Below are positions 17,582 to 26,336 of a stretch of 64,000 nucleotides of DNA, in pieces. Source of the DNA: Synechococcus sp. Its GTDB lineage: Bacteria > Cyanobacteriota > Cyanobacteriia > PCC-6307 > Cyanobiaceae. The position numbers and the translations under genes were made by a program. How positions within the stretch are numbered: position 1 is the stretch's first letter; the number at the start of each line of letters is the position of its first letter. The stretch is taken from contig JBJBEO010000001.1 in assembly GCA_047284725.1 (NCBI GenBank), positions 1,816,203-1,880,202 of the forward strand. The letters run 5' to 3'. Below the pieces are notes generated by a model. It ran no database searches. It was not told where the DNA came from and saw only the letters and a program-made list of their open reading frames with translations.

Positions 17582-19387
17582 ATGCCCAGATACGTTAATA
17601 ACATTTTTAAAGTGTTTTCTGGTAGCCATCGCCAGGAAAGCGTATCCAGGTCCAAGGCGATTGTATCCTTGTCTCCGATCATTCTAGTTATGTCAGCAGG
17701 GATGTTATCGGTAGATAGCCTACATAAACAATATGTTTTTACCTCCAAGGAGATTCAAGGGACCTACGACATTGAATACTTAATTCATCTAAGGACAGTG
17801 CTTAAAGAAACTCGTGGCCTTAGACAGTTTCCCAATGAATACTTATCTAAAAACATCAAGTTGCATTGGGATTTTGGCACACACTTTGCAGAAAAAGAGA
17901 CGCATGGAGAGCATCATCCACAGCATGAGCATGAGCATGAGCATGAGCATGAGCATGAGCAGAATACTCAAACTGAGAACGCAGAATCCGACAAAATTGC
18001 ATCGACCATTATCGAAAAAAATAGAGATGACATTACCTCGTCTCTCTCACATCGCAAATGGCTCGAAATCAAGAAGCGTTATGGATTTCACTTGGGTGAC
18101 ATCAAGATAGATCTCGTAAGGCCGCCTTCGTCTGGGATCCCTTTTGACTATAAAAGCGACTACGAACGTTACACTGAGCGTCTTGATGAATTAAATGAAT
18201 ACTTTGCTCTTGTTGCCGACAACTCAAATCTCATTCTAGATCCTGAGATTAGCACTTATTATTTGATGGACTTAACGGCCTCGACGTTGCCCATAATCAT
18301 TGACTTGATTGCAGAAAGTCGGGGCAGGCGCATAGCTCTTGAGACAGGAAGAGAAGAAAGGGATATCAGTAAAAACAAAAATGATACATCAGAGGAACTG
18401 GAAAAATTAGCCACATTAATCGACTTTAATCTAAGAAAACTAAATCGGACAATCAATATTCTAAGCTTCTCCAGTCCCTCCGCATACGAAAGCCTAGGGA
18501 TTGATCGCCTTGAGCTAGTTGACAAGATTGACCAACTAAAAAATGTTCTTACCGCCGAACCTATCGGCAACAAAGAAGCAACGATAAAAGACTGGAATAA
18601 AACCACTATGCTAATTGCATTTTTGCAAGAGATTCAAAACAAAGGCCTACAAATATTAAGGACAAAACTAGAGGAGAGACGTGATAAAATAGCTATGCAA
18701 ATTGCTATCATAACAAGCCTGTTGATATCAGGCTCTGTTCTGATCTACTATATCAATAATCGGCTTTTTGGAAGACTCTCAAGAGCTCTTGACGATATTA
18801 AAGAGTTAGCTAATACAGACTCGCTGACCAAATTATTATCCAGGAGAAGTCTGCCTTACTTATACAGGAGGGCTGTCAATGAATCCAGCAACTTTGGTGG
18901 CCTTGCGGTGTGCCTCCTTGACATTGATTTTTTTAAAGCCTTTAATGATACGTATGGGCATGCTCAAGGTGATGACGCGCTCGTTAAAGTTTCGGCGTTG
19001 TTAAAAGAATCACTCCTGAGAGATACTGATTACGCATTTCGCTATGGGGGCGAGGAATTCCTTCTCATTTTTGCCGCTTCTGAACTAAATAAAATGGACT
19101 ACTTTTTGCAGTCAATTCGCAGAGGTGTTGAAAATCTAAAAATTCCACATCATGCAAGCGATGTTGCTGATCATTTAACAATATCGATGGGAGCAGTCTT
19201 TATTCCTGAGTCCATCATGCCCATTGAATTAGAGACAGCTCTCTTGCAAGCAGATCGAGAGCTTTACAAAGTGAAAAAGAAATCCAGGAATGCTGTCTCC
19301 GTTGTCACGCTATCAACTCAAATGAAAGTTACTCTACGCGAAGAAATAAATTCAAAAAAAGATCGTCGGGTAAGCGACATAAATTAA
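17582..19387 (+). CDS. membrane-bound diguanylate cyclase (extracytoplasmic sensor + GGEEF)
   Basis: Two TMs flank a sensor with ADNSNLILDPEISTYYL; TDSLTKL, DIDFFKAFNDTYGHAQGD, RDTD I-site, RYGGEEF. Confidence 0.93.
   Translation: MPRYVNNIFKVFSGSHRQESVSRSKAIVSLSPIILVMSAGMLSVDSLHKQYVFTSKEIQGTYDIEYLIHLRTVLKETRGLRQFPNEYLSKNIKLHWDFGTHFAEKETHGEHHPQHEHEHEHEHEHEQNTQTENAESDKIASTIIEKNRDDITSSLSHRKWLEIKKRYGFHLGDIKIDLVRPPSSGIPFDYKSDYERYTERLDELNEYFALVADNSNLILDPEISTYYLMDLTASTLPIIIDLIAESRGRRIALETGREERDISKNKNDTSEELEKLATLIDFNLRKLNRTINILSFSSPSAYESLGIDRLELVDKIDQLKNVLTAEPIGNKEATIKDWNKTTMLIAFLQEIQNKGLQILRTKLEERRDKIAMQIAIITSLLISGSVLIYYINNRLFGRLSRALDDIKELANTDSLTKLLSRRSLPYLYRRAVNESSNFGGLAVCLLDIDFFKAFNDTYGHAQGDDALVKVSALLKESLLRDTDYAFRYGGEEFLLIFAASELNKMDYFLQSIRRGVENLKIPHHASDVADHLTISMGAVFIPESIMPIELETALLQADRELYKVKKKSRNAVSVVTLSTQMKVTLREEINSKKDRRVSDIN
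17924..17959 (+). repeat. (CATGAG)6 hexamer microsatellite encoding (HE)6
   Basis: Six perfect CATGAG units in frame. Confidence 0.95.
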
Positions 19388-19542
19388 TTATTGAGCCCCT
19401 AGAGTCACAGAAGAAGAATAAACACTTGAAAAAGATTCAAGAATCAAACCAGAAGAATGCAGATACGCTTGGACGCCAAACAATAGTTTTTAGCCAAGAA
19501 TAAAGCACGAAAATGCCACACCTCGCACTTAGAGTACATTAT

Positions 19543-21210
19543 CTATTTGATTAACACTTTTGTCATTATTTCCTTCTTGCTTAAAGGCGCTGATTTATGG
19601 AATCCCTGAAAATACTTGCAGCCATGAGAGTCTAAATAATCAATCTGATCATCACTTTCCACGCACTCTGCGCAGACCTCTAGGCCTAATTCGGTAGCCA
19701 TGGAGATCGTGCCATTGGTGATGGCAGTATTAGAAATATTTGCGGGAATATCTTTAATAAAACTCCCGTCGATTTTGATAGTTTTTATGGGTAATGCTTG
19801 CATAATTGACAATGAGGAAAAGCCAGTACCGAAATCATCAATGCAGAGAGCCACCCCTAACTTAGAAAGATCTTCAAACAACTCTTTCGCAGCCAGGAGA
19901 TCCTTTAGGAAAGAAGTCTCGGTCAGCTCAATTTTAAGCAGGCTAGGTGAGACATTATAGTGCTGACAAGCCGTTTTGATTTGCTGAGTATATGAAAAAT
20001 GTGTATTCATATAATATTCAATTTGTACAGCTGAAAAATTAATAGAGATGGGAACAGGGTTGATACCATCATTTTTCCAATCGTGAAGTGTCTTCAATAC
20101 TTCATCAAGAGACCAGTCCCAAATGCGATGAATTAAGTCAGTAGTTTCAGCAAGGGGGATAAAAGTAGAAGGGGAGATGTGTTTGTCATCATGTGTCCAG
20201 CGACTCAACGCTTCAATCCATGCGATGGCACCTTTATGATCAAAAATTGGTTGATAAGCCAGACTAAGCTCATTTTTTTTTATTGCGACAGCGAGATCGG
20301 CCATCATCTCGATCTCTTGATCAGTCTTGGTCTTCCGCAAGACCTTTGGAAAAGACTGGTGAATAAAGCTATCTTTATTTCGTTGCATTTTTTTCGAAGC
20401 CAACATCATAGCGTCCGCTTTTCTATAAACATCGAGCAACCGATCTCCGCTCTTTGACATGCAAACGCCGATAGAGGCATTGAGTCCGGATGCTATCAGC
20501 TCATTACTTAGCCGATAGGAAATGCCTGGAGCAATATCAATGTCACTATTAGATTCAAAAATCATGCAAAATTCATCACCACCAGTTCGAAAAATACTGT
20601 CTTGTTCACTGCGAATCAACCTTTGAAGGGTCTCACCAACTCTTTTGAGAACACGATCGCCAGCTTCATGACCAAAATCATCATTGATGATTTTAAAATC
20701 ATTGAGGTCGACAACAGCTACACAATAGAAGCATGACCGATAAAGAGAATTCTGATCGTTTTCTATCTTTGCATCCCATTCTCTTCTGTTCAAACATCCA
20801 GTAAGGCTATCTAAGTTATGATTTTTTTCTTTTGTAATGTCCCGAAAGATCCATGCCCGCGAACGTAATTCTGACGGGCCATCTGTTGCGAGACTAGATC
20901 GTGCAAACAAACGACCATCATTAAAATGGATTTCATCCTTTAATGAAAGATCTGTCCCATGGAGGGATTCAACTTTTTCGATAAACTCTTGCGGATCCTT
21001 AACTTGAGACAACACGCTATTTAAGAGCTCATGATCGTCACCTCGCTCAACGATGCTAAGAGGAATATTCCACATTTTAATAAATTTCTTATTGCAATAA
21101 GCTACTTTTCGAGTTTGATCATTAACGATCAGGATTCCATCCACCAGCTGATCCATAACGAGATCAAGAAGCTCGGCCAACCTTTCCTTCGTGTGGGATA
21201 TAAAATGCAT
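19543..21210 (-). CDS. PAS-GGDEF-EAL protein (c-di-GMP cyclase/phosphodiesterase)
   Basis: PAS (DGILIVN..YCNKKFIKMWNIP..WIFRDIT), DLNDFKIINDDFGHEAGD, RTGGDEF, YQPI..EALSRW, IELTE, DDFGTGFSSL, KIDGSF, QGF. Confidence 0.95.
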   Translation of the reverse strand: MHFISHTKERLAELLDLVMDQLVDGILIVNDQTRKVAYCNKKFIKMWNIPLSIVERGDDHELLNSVLSQVKDPQEFIEKVESLHGTDLSLKDEIHFNDGRLFARSSLATDGPSELRSRAWIFRDITKEKNHNLDSLTGCLNRREWDAKIENDQNSLYRSCFYCVAVVDLNDFKIINDDFGHEAGDRVLKRVGETLQRLIRSEQDSIFRTGGDEFCMIFESNSDIDIAPGISYRLSNELIASGLNASIGVCMSKSGDRLLDVYRKADAMMLASKKMQRNKDSFIHQSFPKVLRKTKTDQEIEMMADLAVAIKKNELSLAYQPIFDHKGAIAWIEALSRWTHDDKHISPSTFIPLAETTDLIHRIWDWSLDEVLKTLHDWKNDGINPVPISINFSAVQIEYYMNTHFSYTQQIKTACQHYNVSPSLLKIELTETSFLKDLLAAKELFEDLSKLGVALCIDDFGTGFSSLSIMQALPIKTIKIDGSFIKDIPANISNTAITNGTISMATELGLEVCAECVESDDQIDYLDSHGCKYFQGFHKSAPLSKKEIMTKVLIK

Positions 21211-21756
21211 CGCTTTCGGAGGAGTTGCAGCTCTACACACCCAACTGAATATTAGCCACCAAAAGAGAGTTAAATCCTTCAGGAAACACTCAGAATGATT
21301 AATTTACGTATCAACGACTACCAAAAAAGCAAGGGTGAAGAGCCTTGCATCGTTGGTGTGGATGACTCAAGCGACCAGTGGAGTGAATCCTGGTTCCTGC
21401 CTTGATACGTCCCAGCGACCTTCTGGTGAGGTTGAAGCCATAAGGCGCAAACACTGAAGGGCCTATGCGGATTGAAACGGGAGAAGCTCAGTATTGGCAG
21501 ACACGACATCCATTCAGATGACTGATGTTCAGCAAAAGTACGATGATGCACGAATTTAAAACGAACGTAGCCATCTGGATACCGAAAACAAGACGAATCA
21601 ACGTATCAATCGAGAGCGCATTAGAGAGGGACATTGACAATAAAACAAATTCAACCCTGGTTGTTGCGATGAGGATTCAATCCATCCAAGTAATCTGGAT
21701 GTAGGAGTCGCAAGCTTTCACCATGGATCAAGAGGCAATGACAGATAGCACGAGTA

Positions 21757-22776
21757 TTGCCAGAATGTACCAGACACTGGGGCAAATCTCCAAAGATGCA
21801 GAAAGCTAAGAGTACCTTCGGGAAGATTTTTAGTGAGCTACCGGCCATAAGCCTGATGATTTATCCTTTAATTGTATTACTTTTAGGCCACCTATTATTT
21901 GATAAACTTGGTTCTCTTTTTGCGGTCCATGGGTTGAGAGCATCTGAATCTCTCCTCTCGAGAGAAAACCACCACGAAGCGATTTCAAGCGGACATGTCT
22001 GGGCAGCAACTGCACATGCCTATATACTCGTTCAATTGTTTACGATGCTGATCCTGTTCATGTGGATCCGGTCGAAAACAAAAGGGCTTCAAACCACTTT
22101 TTACTTTTTTGCCGTAGGGATACTGATCGCTTCAGGATTGGCACACTTGCATTATGTAATCATCCATAGTCGACCTTTGAGCGCAATCTTCCAGATTACA
22201 TTCCAAAGTTTACAGCTTAATGATCACCTAGAGGTAAGACCAATACTCCCATCGATCTTTAGCGCATTGGTGATCATCAATGTGCTGAGTATAGTTGTCA
22301 TTGCTACTCTTATTCCATTCTTACCACTGATAGTGCGGGAACCAAACGGTGGTTGGAGAGAAAAAGACCTGTTAAATCGAGTCCAGGATTTGCGTCTGTT
22401 TACCGTCTTGGCATCCGTCTTTTTGATCGCGGGCACACTGCATATGTACGCCTGGATGACATGGGCGACAGAGCTTCTGAACAAAACGGCGTTGGAAGAT
22501 GTTGTGGGAAGCGTCTGCTTCTATTGGGGTTCCGTTTGGACAATCACGCTGGCGGCTTGTTATCTGCCAGTTCTCCTAACACTGAAGAATCGAGCCGAGA
22601 TCGTGATGGAAGCTCAGCATGTGCAACTGATCGATCGAGACGAATGGTTGAAGAGGCGTGGGCTTTCATTGCGAGTGGTCGATCAAATGCCCCAGGTCAT
22701 CGGGATTCTGGCCCCTCTTGCCGCGGCTCCTGTCGGACAGTTTCTGACCAGTCTCAGCACCCTGGTACCGAGCTGA
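21757..22776 (+). CDS. multi-pass membrane protein of unknown function
   Basis: About 7 hydrophobic segments; start uncertain. Confidence 0.75.
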   Translation: MPECTRHWGKSPKMQKAKSTFGKIFSELPAISLMIYPLIVLLLGHLLFDKLGSLFAVHGLRASESLLSRENHHEAISSGHVWAATAHAYILVQLFTMLILFMWIRSKTKGLQTTFYFFAVGILIASGLAHLHYVIIHSRPLSAIFQITFQSLQLNDHLEVRPILPSIFSALVIINVLSIVVIATLIPFLPLIVREPNGGWREKDLLNRVQDLRLFTVLASVFLIAGTLHMYAWMTWATELLNKTALEDVVGSVCFYWGSVWTITLAACYLPVLLTLKNRAEIVMEAQHVQLIDRDEWLKRRGLSLRVVDQMPQVIGILAPLAAAPVGQFLTSLSTLVPS

Positions 22777-22893
22777 TTGATCGTGTGAATGCTCAGTGGC
22801 TCAAGCAATGTGATAGCCGGTGATAAGAGATTGATTTTGAAGCGATCAAAATCAATCAAAAACACAAAGAAGAAAGAAACTCACATCACTCTC

Positions 22894-22907
22894 GTAGTCT
22901 TTGTTAC
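22894..22907. promoter_or_regulatory. NtcA-box-like site GTA-N8-TAC
   Basis: GTAGTCTTTGTTAC, 112 nt upstream of the NarX-like DGC start; no clear canonical -10 at the usual spacing. Confidence 0.35.
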
Positions 22908-23019
22908 TTTTCAGTGGTCTTTAGAGCTCTCTCTCGGCTTCGTCTTTCCACAGCATGAAAAAATATAGCCAGATCACTTAGAACTCTTACAATCAGATAG
23001 TTGACGCTGCTTCGCTTGA

Positions 23020-24282
23020 GTGGAAACATCACAAGATCACTTAATCAGAACGATTAGACGGAGATACAAAACAGCTCTTCTTCTCATTGGACTATCGACA
23101 TTTGCAGCATGCTTATGCTTACGATTTTCTCTAGCCAGGTCTGAAAGTACTGCGTTGATTGTGAATATCTCAGGGAGACAACGAATGCTTAGTCAGCGGA
23201 TTGGCCTTGACGCATTAAAGGTCAACAATCTTTTGCAAGACTCAGACATACGCTTAGCTCGTGAAGCATCAAAGAGTTTACTTAAACACTCTGAAGAGAT
23301 GCAGGCTGCCAACAAGAAACTCTCGTCAGGTAATTTATCCAGTTCTCGTTTTGTTGTTCTTTCAAGCAAAATACGCGCTCTCTACTTTGGGCCAAAAAAC
23401 TTATCGCAGCGAGTGAATGACTACACAGAACTTGGAAGCCGTCTTTCAAAAATCTCTGATAGCGATCAAGCCACTCCCCTGGCCATGGAGATTATTGCAC
23501 TTGCTCCAGGTCTATTAAGTGATTTAAACGATGCAGTCGCCGTATACCAAACAGAAGGTGAACAAAATATTGAATTTTCTGAATACGTTGCCTGGGCAGC
23601 CATTTCGATTATTATCATTCTCCTGTTTATTGAAGCTAGATTTATTTTTAGGCCGATACTACGCATTGTAGAAGAAAGCAGAATGATGGAGGAGAAGCGA
23701 ATTGATGAGTTATCAGAACAGGTTGAGCTGCGAACGATCAAGCTGGAAAAAGCGAATCTAAGACTGCGAGAGATGGCGACTTGTGATCCGTTGACGGGGT
23801 TAAAAAATAGAACAACACTCTTCGATGAGATTGCGTTGCTGATTGGAATGTATCGAAAAAATCAAGTGCACTTTGCTCTTGCCTACCTCGACATTGATTT
23901 TTTCAAGAGCATCAATGATTGCCATGGCCACGCCTTCGGCGACTTTATCTTGAAAGAATTTTCTAGAATTATTCAAAGCAATCTAAGAGAATCTGACGAC
24001 TTTTATCGTGTTGGAGGAGAAGAGTTTGTGATTCTATTCAAGCGTGGCCCCCTGAGTGGAGTCGTCTCAAAGCTTGAGTATTTACAGCAATACTTAAGGG
24101 ATCACCTATTCTCAAAAGATACAACCAGCGCGAAAATAACTTTCAGTTGTGGAGTATTCCACACCAGCCAGTTTGAAAAGTTTGATATTGATCAGGCTTT
24201 GAATCTGGCCGACCAAGCCTTGTATGTGTCAAAAACATCTGGTCGTGACAAGATCACTATTGCAGAGAACAATAGAGGCTGA
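23020..24282 (+). CDS. membrane-bound diguanylate cyclase with a PilJ/NarX-like sensor
   Basis: TM, IVNISGRQRMLSQRI (P/N-box), TM, coiled coil, DPLTGLKNR, DIDFFKSINDCHGH, RESD I-site, RVGGEEF. Confidence 0.93.
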   Translation: METSQDHLIRTIRRRYKTALLLIGLSTFAACLCLRFSLARSESTALIVNISGRQRMLSQRIGLDALKVNNLLQDSDIRLAREASKSLLKHSEEMQAANKKLSSGNLSSSRFVVLSSKIRALYFGPKNLSQRVNDYTELGSRLSKISDSDQATPLAMEIIALAPGLLSDLNDAVAVYQTEGEQNIEFSEYVAWAAISIIIILLFIEARFIFRPILRIVEESRMMEEKRIDELSEQVELRTIKLEKANLRLREMATCDPLTGLKNRTTLFDEIALLIGMYRKNQVHFALAYLDIDFFKSINDCHGHAFGDFILKEFSRIIQSNLRESDDFYRVGGEEFVILFKRGPLSGVVSKLEYLQQYLRDHLFSKDTTSAKITFSCGVFHTSQFEKFDIDQALNLADQALYVSKTSGRDKITIAENNRG

Positions 24283-24650
24283 AGCCCCAAATGCTTGCTG
24301 CCAGCACATTTCTTCTACTCAATCGAGCCGAGGTATTAAAGCACAGATTATCTTTTTTATATTTTAAATTAGAGAAGCATTTCCCCAACCTCTTGCGATT
24401 GAGTTGAAAATTCAGCAACGCAATCGATTCGATCGCCATTTTAATCGAATGCCAATAGCGACATGTTGCAGGTTCTAGTGCCTTAATCTCTATGGGATGA
24501 ATCGATCACTGTTTGAACAATATGAAATTACATGTCCCATGAATTGTCCCATTTTCCTACTGTGATCATTCAGGTTGTACCCAACGGAGCGATAGCAATC
24601 GCATGTCGACAACAATCGCTGTCATTGCTTGATCGATCCTGAGCCTTCAC

Positions 24651-24905
24651 TCATCGACCCTCACAGTGCTTCACAGCCTTGAGATAAATCAACTTCCCGG
24701 GCCCGTCCTGGCCTTCGAGTACAGCTCTGCGTAACTCCACTTGCTGATCGATACAACGGTTGTAGCGATGGTCTTTAACAGCCGTAGGGATCTGGAGCAC
24801 CGCAATCATCACAAGACTGCAACTTCCCATCAACGCCAGCACGGGATAAGCATGCGCTCTAACCATGTCGCGGGCTGTGAGCGATTGCTTGTTGTGGTCA
24901 ACCAT
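24651..24905 (-). CDS. small membrane-anchored hypothetical protein
   Basis: MVRAHAYPVLAL..YNRCID..AVKHCEG; one TM and a Cys pair. Confidence 0.65.
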   Translation of the reverse strand: MVDHNKQSLTARDMVRAHAYPVLALMGSCSLVMIAVLQIPTAVKDHRYNRCIDQQVELRRAVLEGQDGPGKLIYLKAVKHCEGR

Positions 24906-24982
24906 CAGCACTGTCCCCAGCCATATGTCACTGCATGAATCATGCAGGGTCGGAGGCACGATTCGCCACCAACGACACGCCG

Positions 24983-25225
24983 TTAGTGGTGCTGCGCCCT
25001 GAACCCCTTCAACTTGTCGAGATCCTTGGACTGATCCAGCTTGAAATCGGTGAGGATCAGCGCCTTGCCAATCGTTCCGATGGCATCCTCCATGCGTTGC
25101 ATCGCTGCAGCACCTGCCTCCGATTGACGTGCTGAGCGAATCACAGCGGGTGTCAAAGCCGCCGCCCCCTCTTCCATCGAGGCTGCGATCTGCTCGACCA
25201 AGACCAACGCTTCATCGTTGCCCAT
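24983..25225 (-). CDS. hypothetical protein
   Basis: 80-aa helical ORF with typical codon usage. Confidence 0.6.
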   Translation of the reverse strand: MGNDEALVLVEQIAASMEEGAAALTPAVIRSARQSEAGAAAMQRMEDAIGTIGKALILTDFKLDQSKDLDKLKGFRAQHH

Positions 25226-25267
25226 GACATTGCTGCACCTTGTCATCCAGTGTGCAACGCAAACACT

Positions 25268-25489
25268 TCAGCGAAGGCCCGTTTCACCAAAGGTGACTTC
25301 CAGAATCGCCGCCTTCAGCAGCGTCTGCATGCGCTGCAGGTCGGCTTGCTCACCGGGGTCACCCCCAGGCCAGCGCTCGAGCCTGTAGCTGACCGAGTCG
25401 AGCAGCAGTCGCAGACCGCCTGCATCGAGGGAGAACTCAACGGTTGGCTCGGAAGGATGCGTGCCATCGCCATGATCGACGTCAGCCAT
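25268..25489 (-). CDS. small picocyanobacterial hypothetical protein
   Basis: LRLLLDSVSYRLERWPGGDPGEQADL..LKAAILE. Confidence 0.7.
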   Translation of the reverse strand: MADVDHGDGTHPSEPTVEFSLDAGGLRLLLDSVSYRLERWPGGDPGEQADLQRMQTLLKAAILEVTFGETGLR

Positions 25490-25613
25490 CGACAGAAACA
25501 ACCGCTGCCAACAGTCTGGCTAAGGTGCCGTTAGACGACAGCCATGGCTCAGGGGCTCACGCGCTGGTGCAGATCGCCGAGCCGTTCGTCTTAAGACAAG
25601 TGAGAAGACCGCC

Positions 25614-26063
25614 TTGACGCATCGACGTTTCACCACTGTTGCCCTGTTGTTCATGGCCATCACCTCCGTCACACGACCTGGATACAGCGCTGAGTGGAAA
25701 CCGCCGCAGGAGCCTGAGATGTGGCAACAGATCAGGCAGACCCTGCAAACCAAGGGCATAATCGCCGAGTCCGCCTGGATCTTTTTCGGCTCGCTCGAAA
25801 ACGACACCAAGTTGGCCGCTGAGTACCTCAGCAACCCCAGAGCGACCGACAACGGCACCGCCTTCGATGGGCTACTGCTGCTCAAGCGCAGTCAGACCAA
25901 GGAAGGAACACCCCCTGGGTGGACTACGCGCCCCCTAAGCATGCGCGCCATCTGCTCCGAGGGTCGTCTGGAACGACAGGGAGCCGATGGTGCCTGGACT
26001 GACTATTCAGGCCGACCGGACACGGCCGCCAAAGTGAGCTGGATCTGTCAGCAAGCCCTTTGA
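25614..26063 (+). CDS. secreted hypothetical protein
   Basis: Signal peptide; AAEYLSNPR..MRAICSEGRLER..WIC. Confidence 0.7.
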   Translation: MTHRRFTTVALLFMAITSVTRPGYSAEWKPPQEPEMWQQIRQTLQTKGIIAESAWIFFGSLENDTKLAAEYLSNPRATDNGTAFDGLLLLKRSQTKEGTPPGWTTRPLSMRAICSEGRLERQGADGAWTDYSGRPDTAAKVSWICQQAL

Positions 26064-26066
26064 CCT

Positions 26067-26336
26067 TCAGCCTGAAGGTTGATGGTCACCCGCTTCATCG
26101 CTGGCAGGAGCATGGCCTGAGCGTTTAATCAATTCGGCCAGCATGTTGAGCTTGGCATTTTCAGAATCAGAGGCCCGTGCTGCCAACCAAGAGCTGGCCG
26201 TTTTTTGCTGATCCAGTTGTTGGACCAGCGCCAACGCTGCTTGGCGCAACTCCTCGATGTTCTGGCAGTCACGAATCCAGCGAGACAACCGCTCACTTTC
26301 AAAAGACTGCTCAAGGCCTTTCTGCAATGGATCCAT
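26067..26336 (-). CDS. hypothetical protein
   Basis: LEQSFESERLSRWIRDCQNIEELRQAALALVQQL; helical. Confidence 0.65.
   Translation of the reverse strand: MDPLQKGLEQSFESERLSRWIRDCQNIEELRQAALALVQQLDQQKTASSWLAARASDSENAKLNMLAELIKRSGHAPASDEAGDHQPSG

Larger units (their letters stand above)
16830..24640. other. AT-rich genomic islet encoding c-di-GMP enzymes (boundaries approximate)
   Basis: Visible drop in GC and change in codon usage; no integrase or att repeat seen. Confidence 0.7.

Noticed and set aside
5923..19504. Shared 15-mer TTAGCCAAGAATAAA at 5923-5937 and 19490-19504 in two AT-rich patches
   Set aside because: A few 15-mer matches are expected by chance in 64 kb, especially in AT-rich DNA; the match does not extend
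21260..21750. c-di-GMP riboswitch in the islet's intergenic region
   Set aside because: No GEMM-type GGCAAAC..GNRA..GACGCAAAG architecture could be traced
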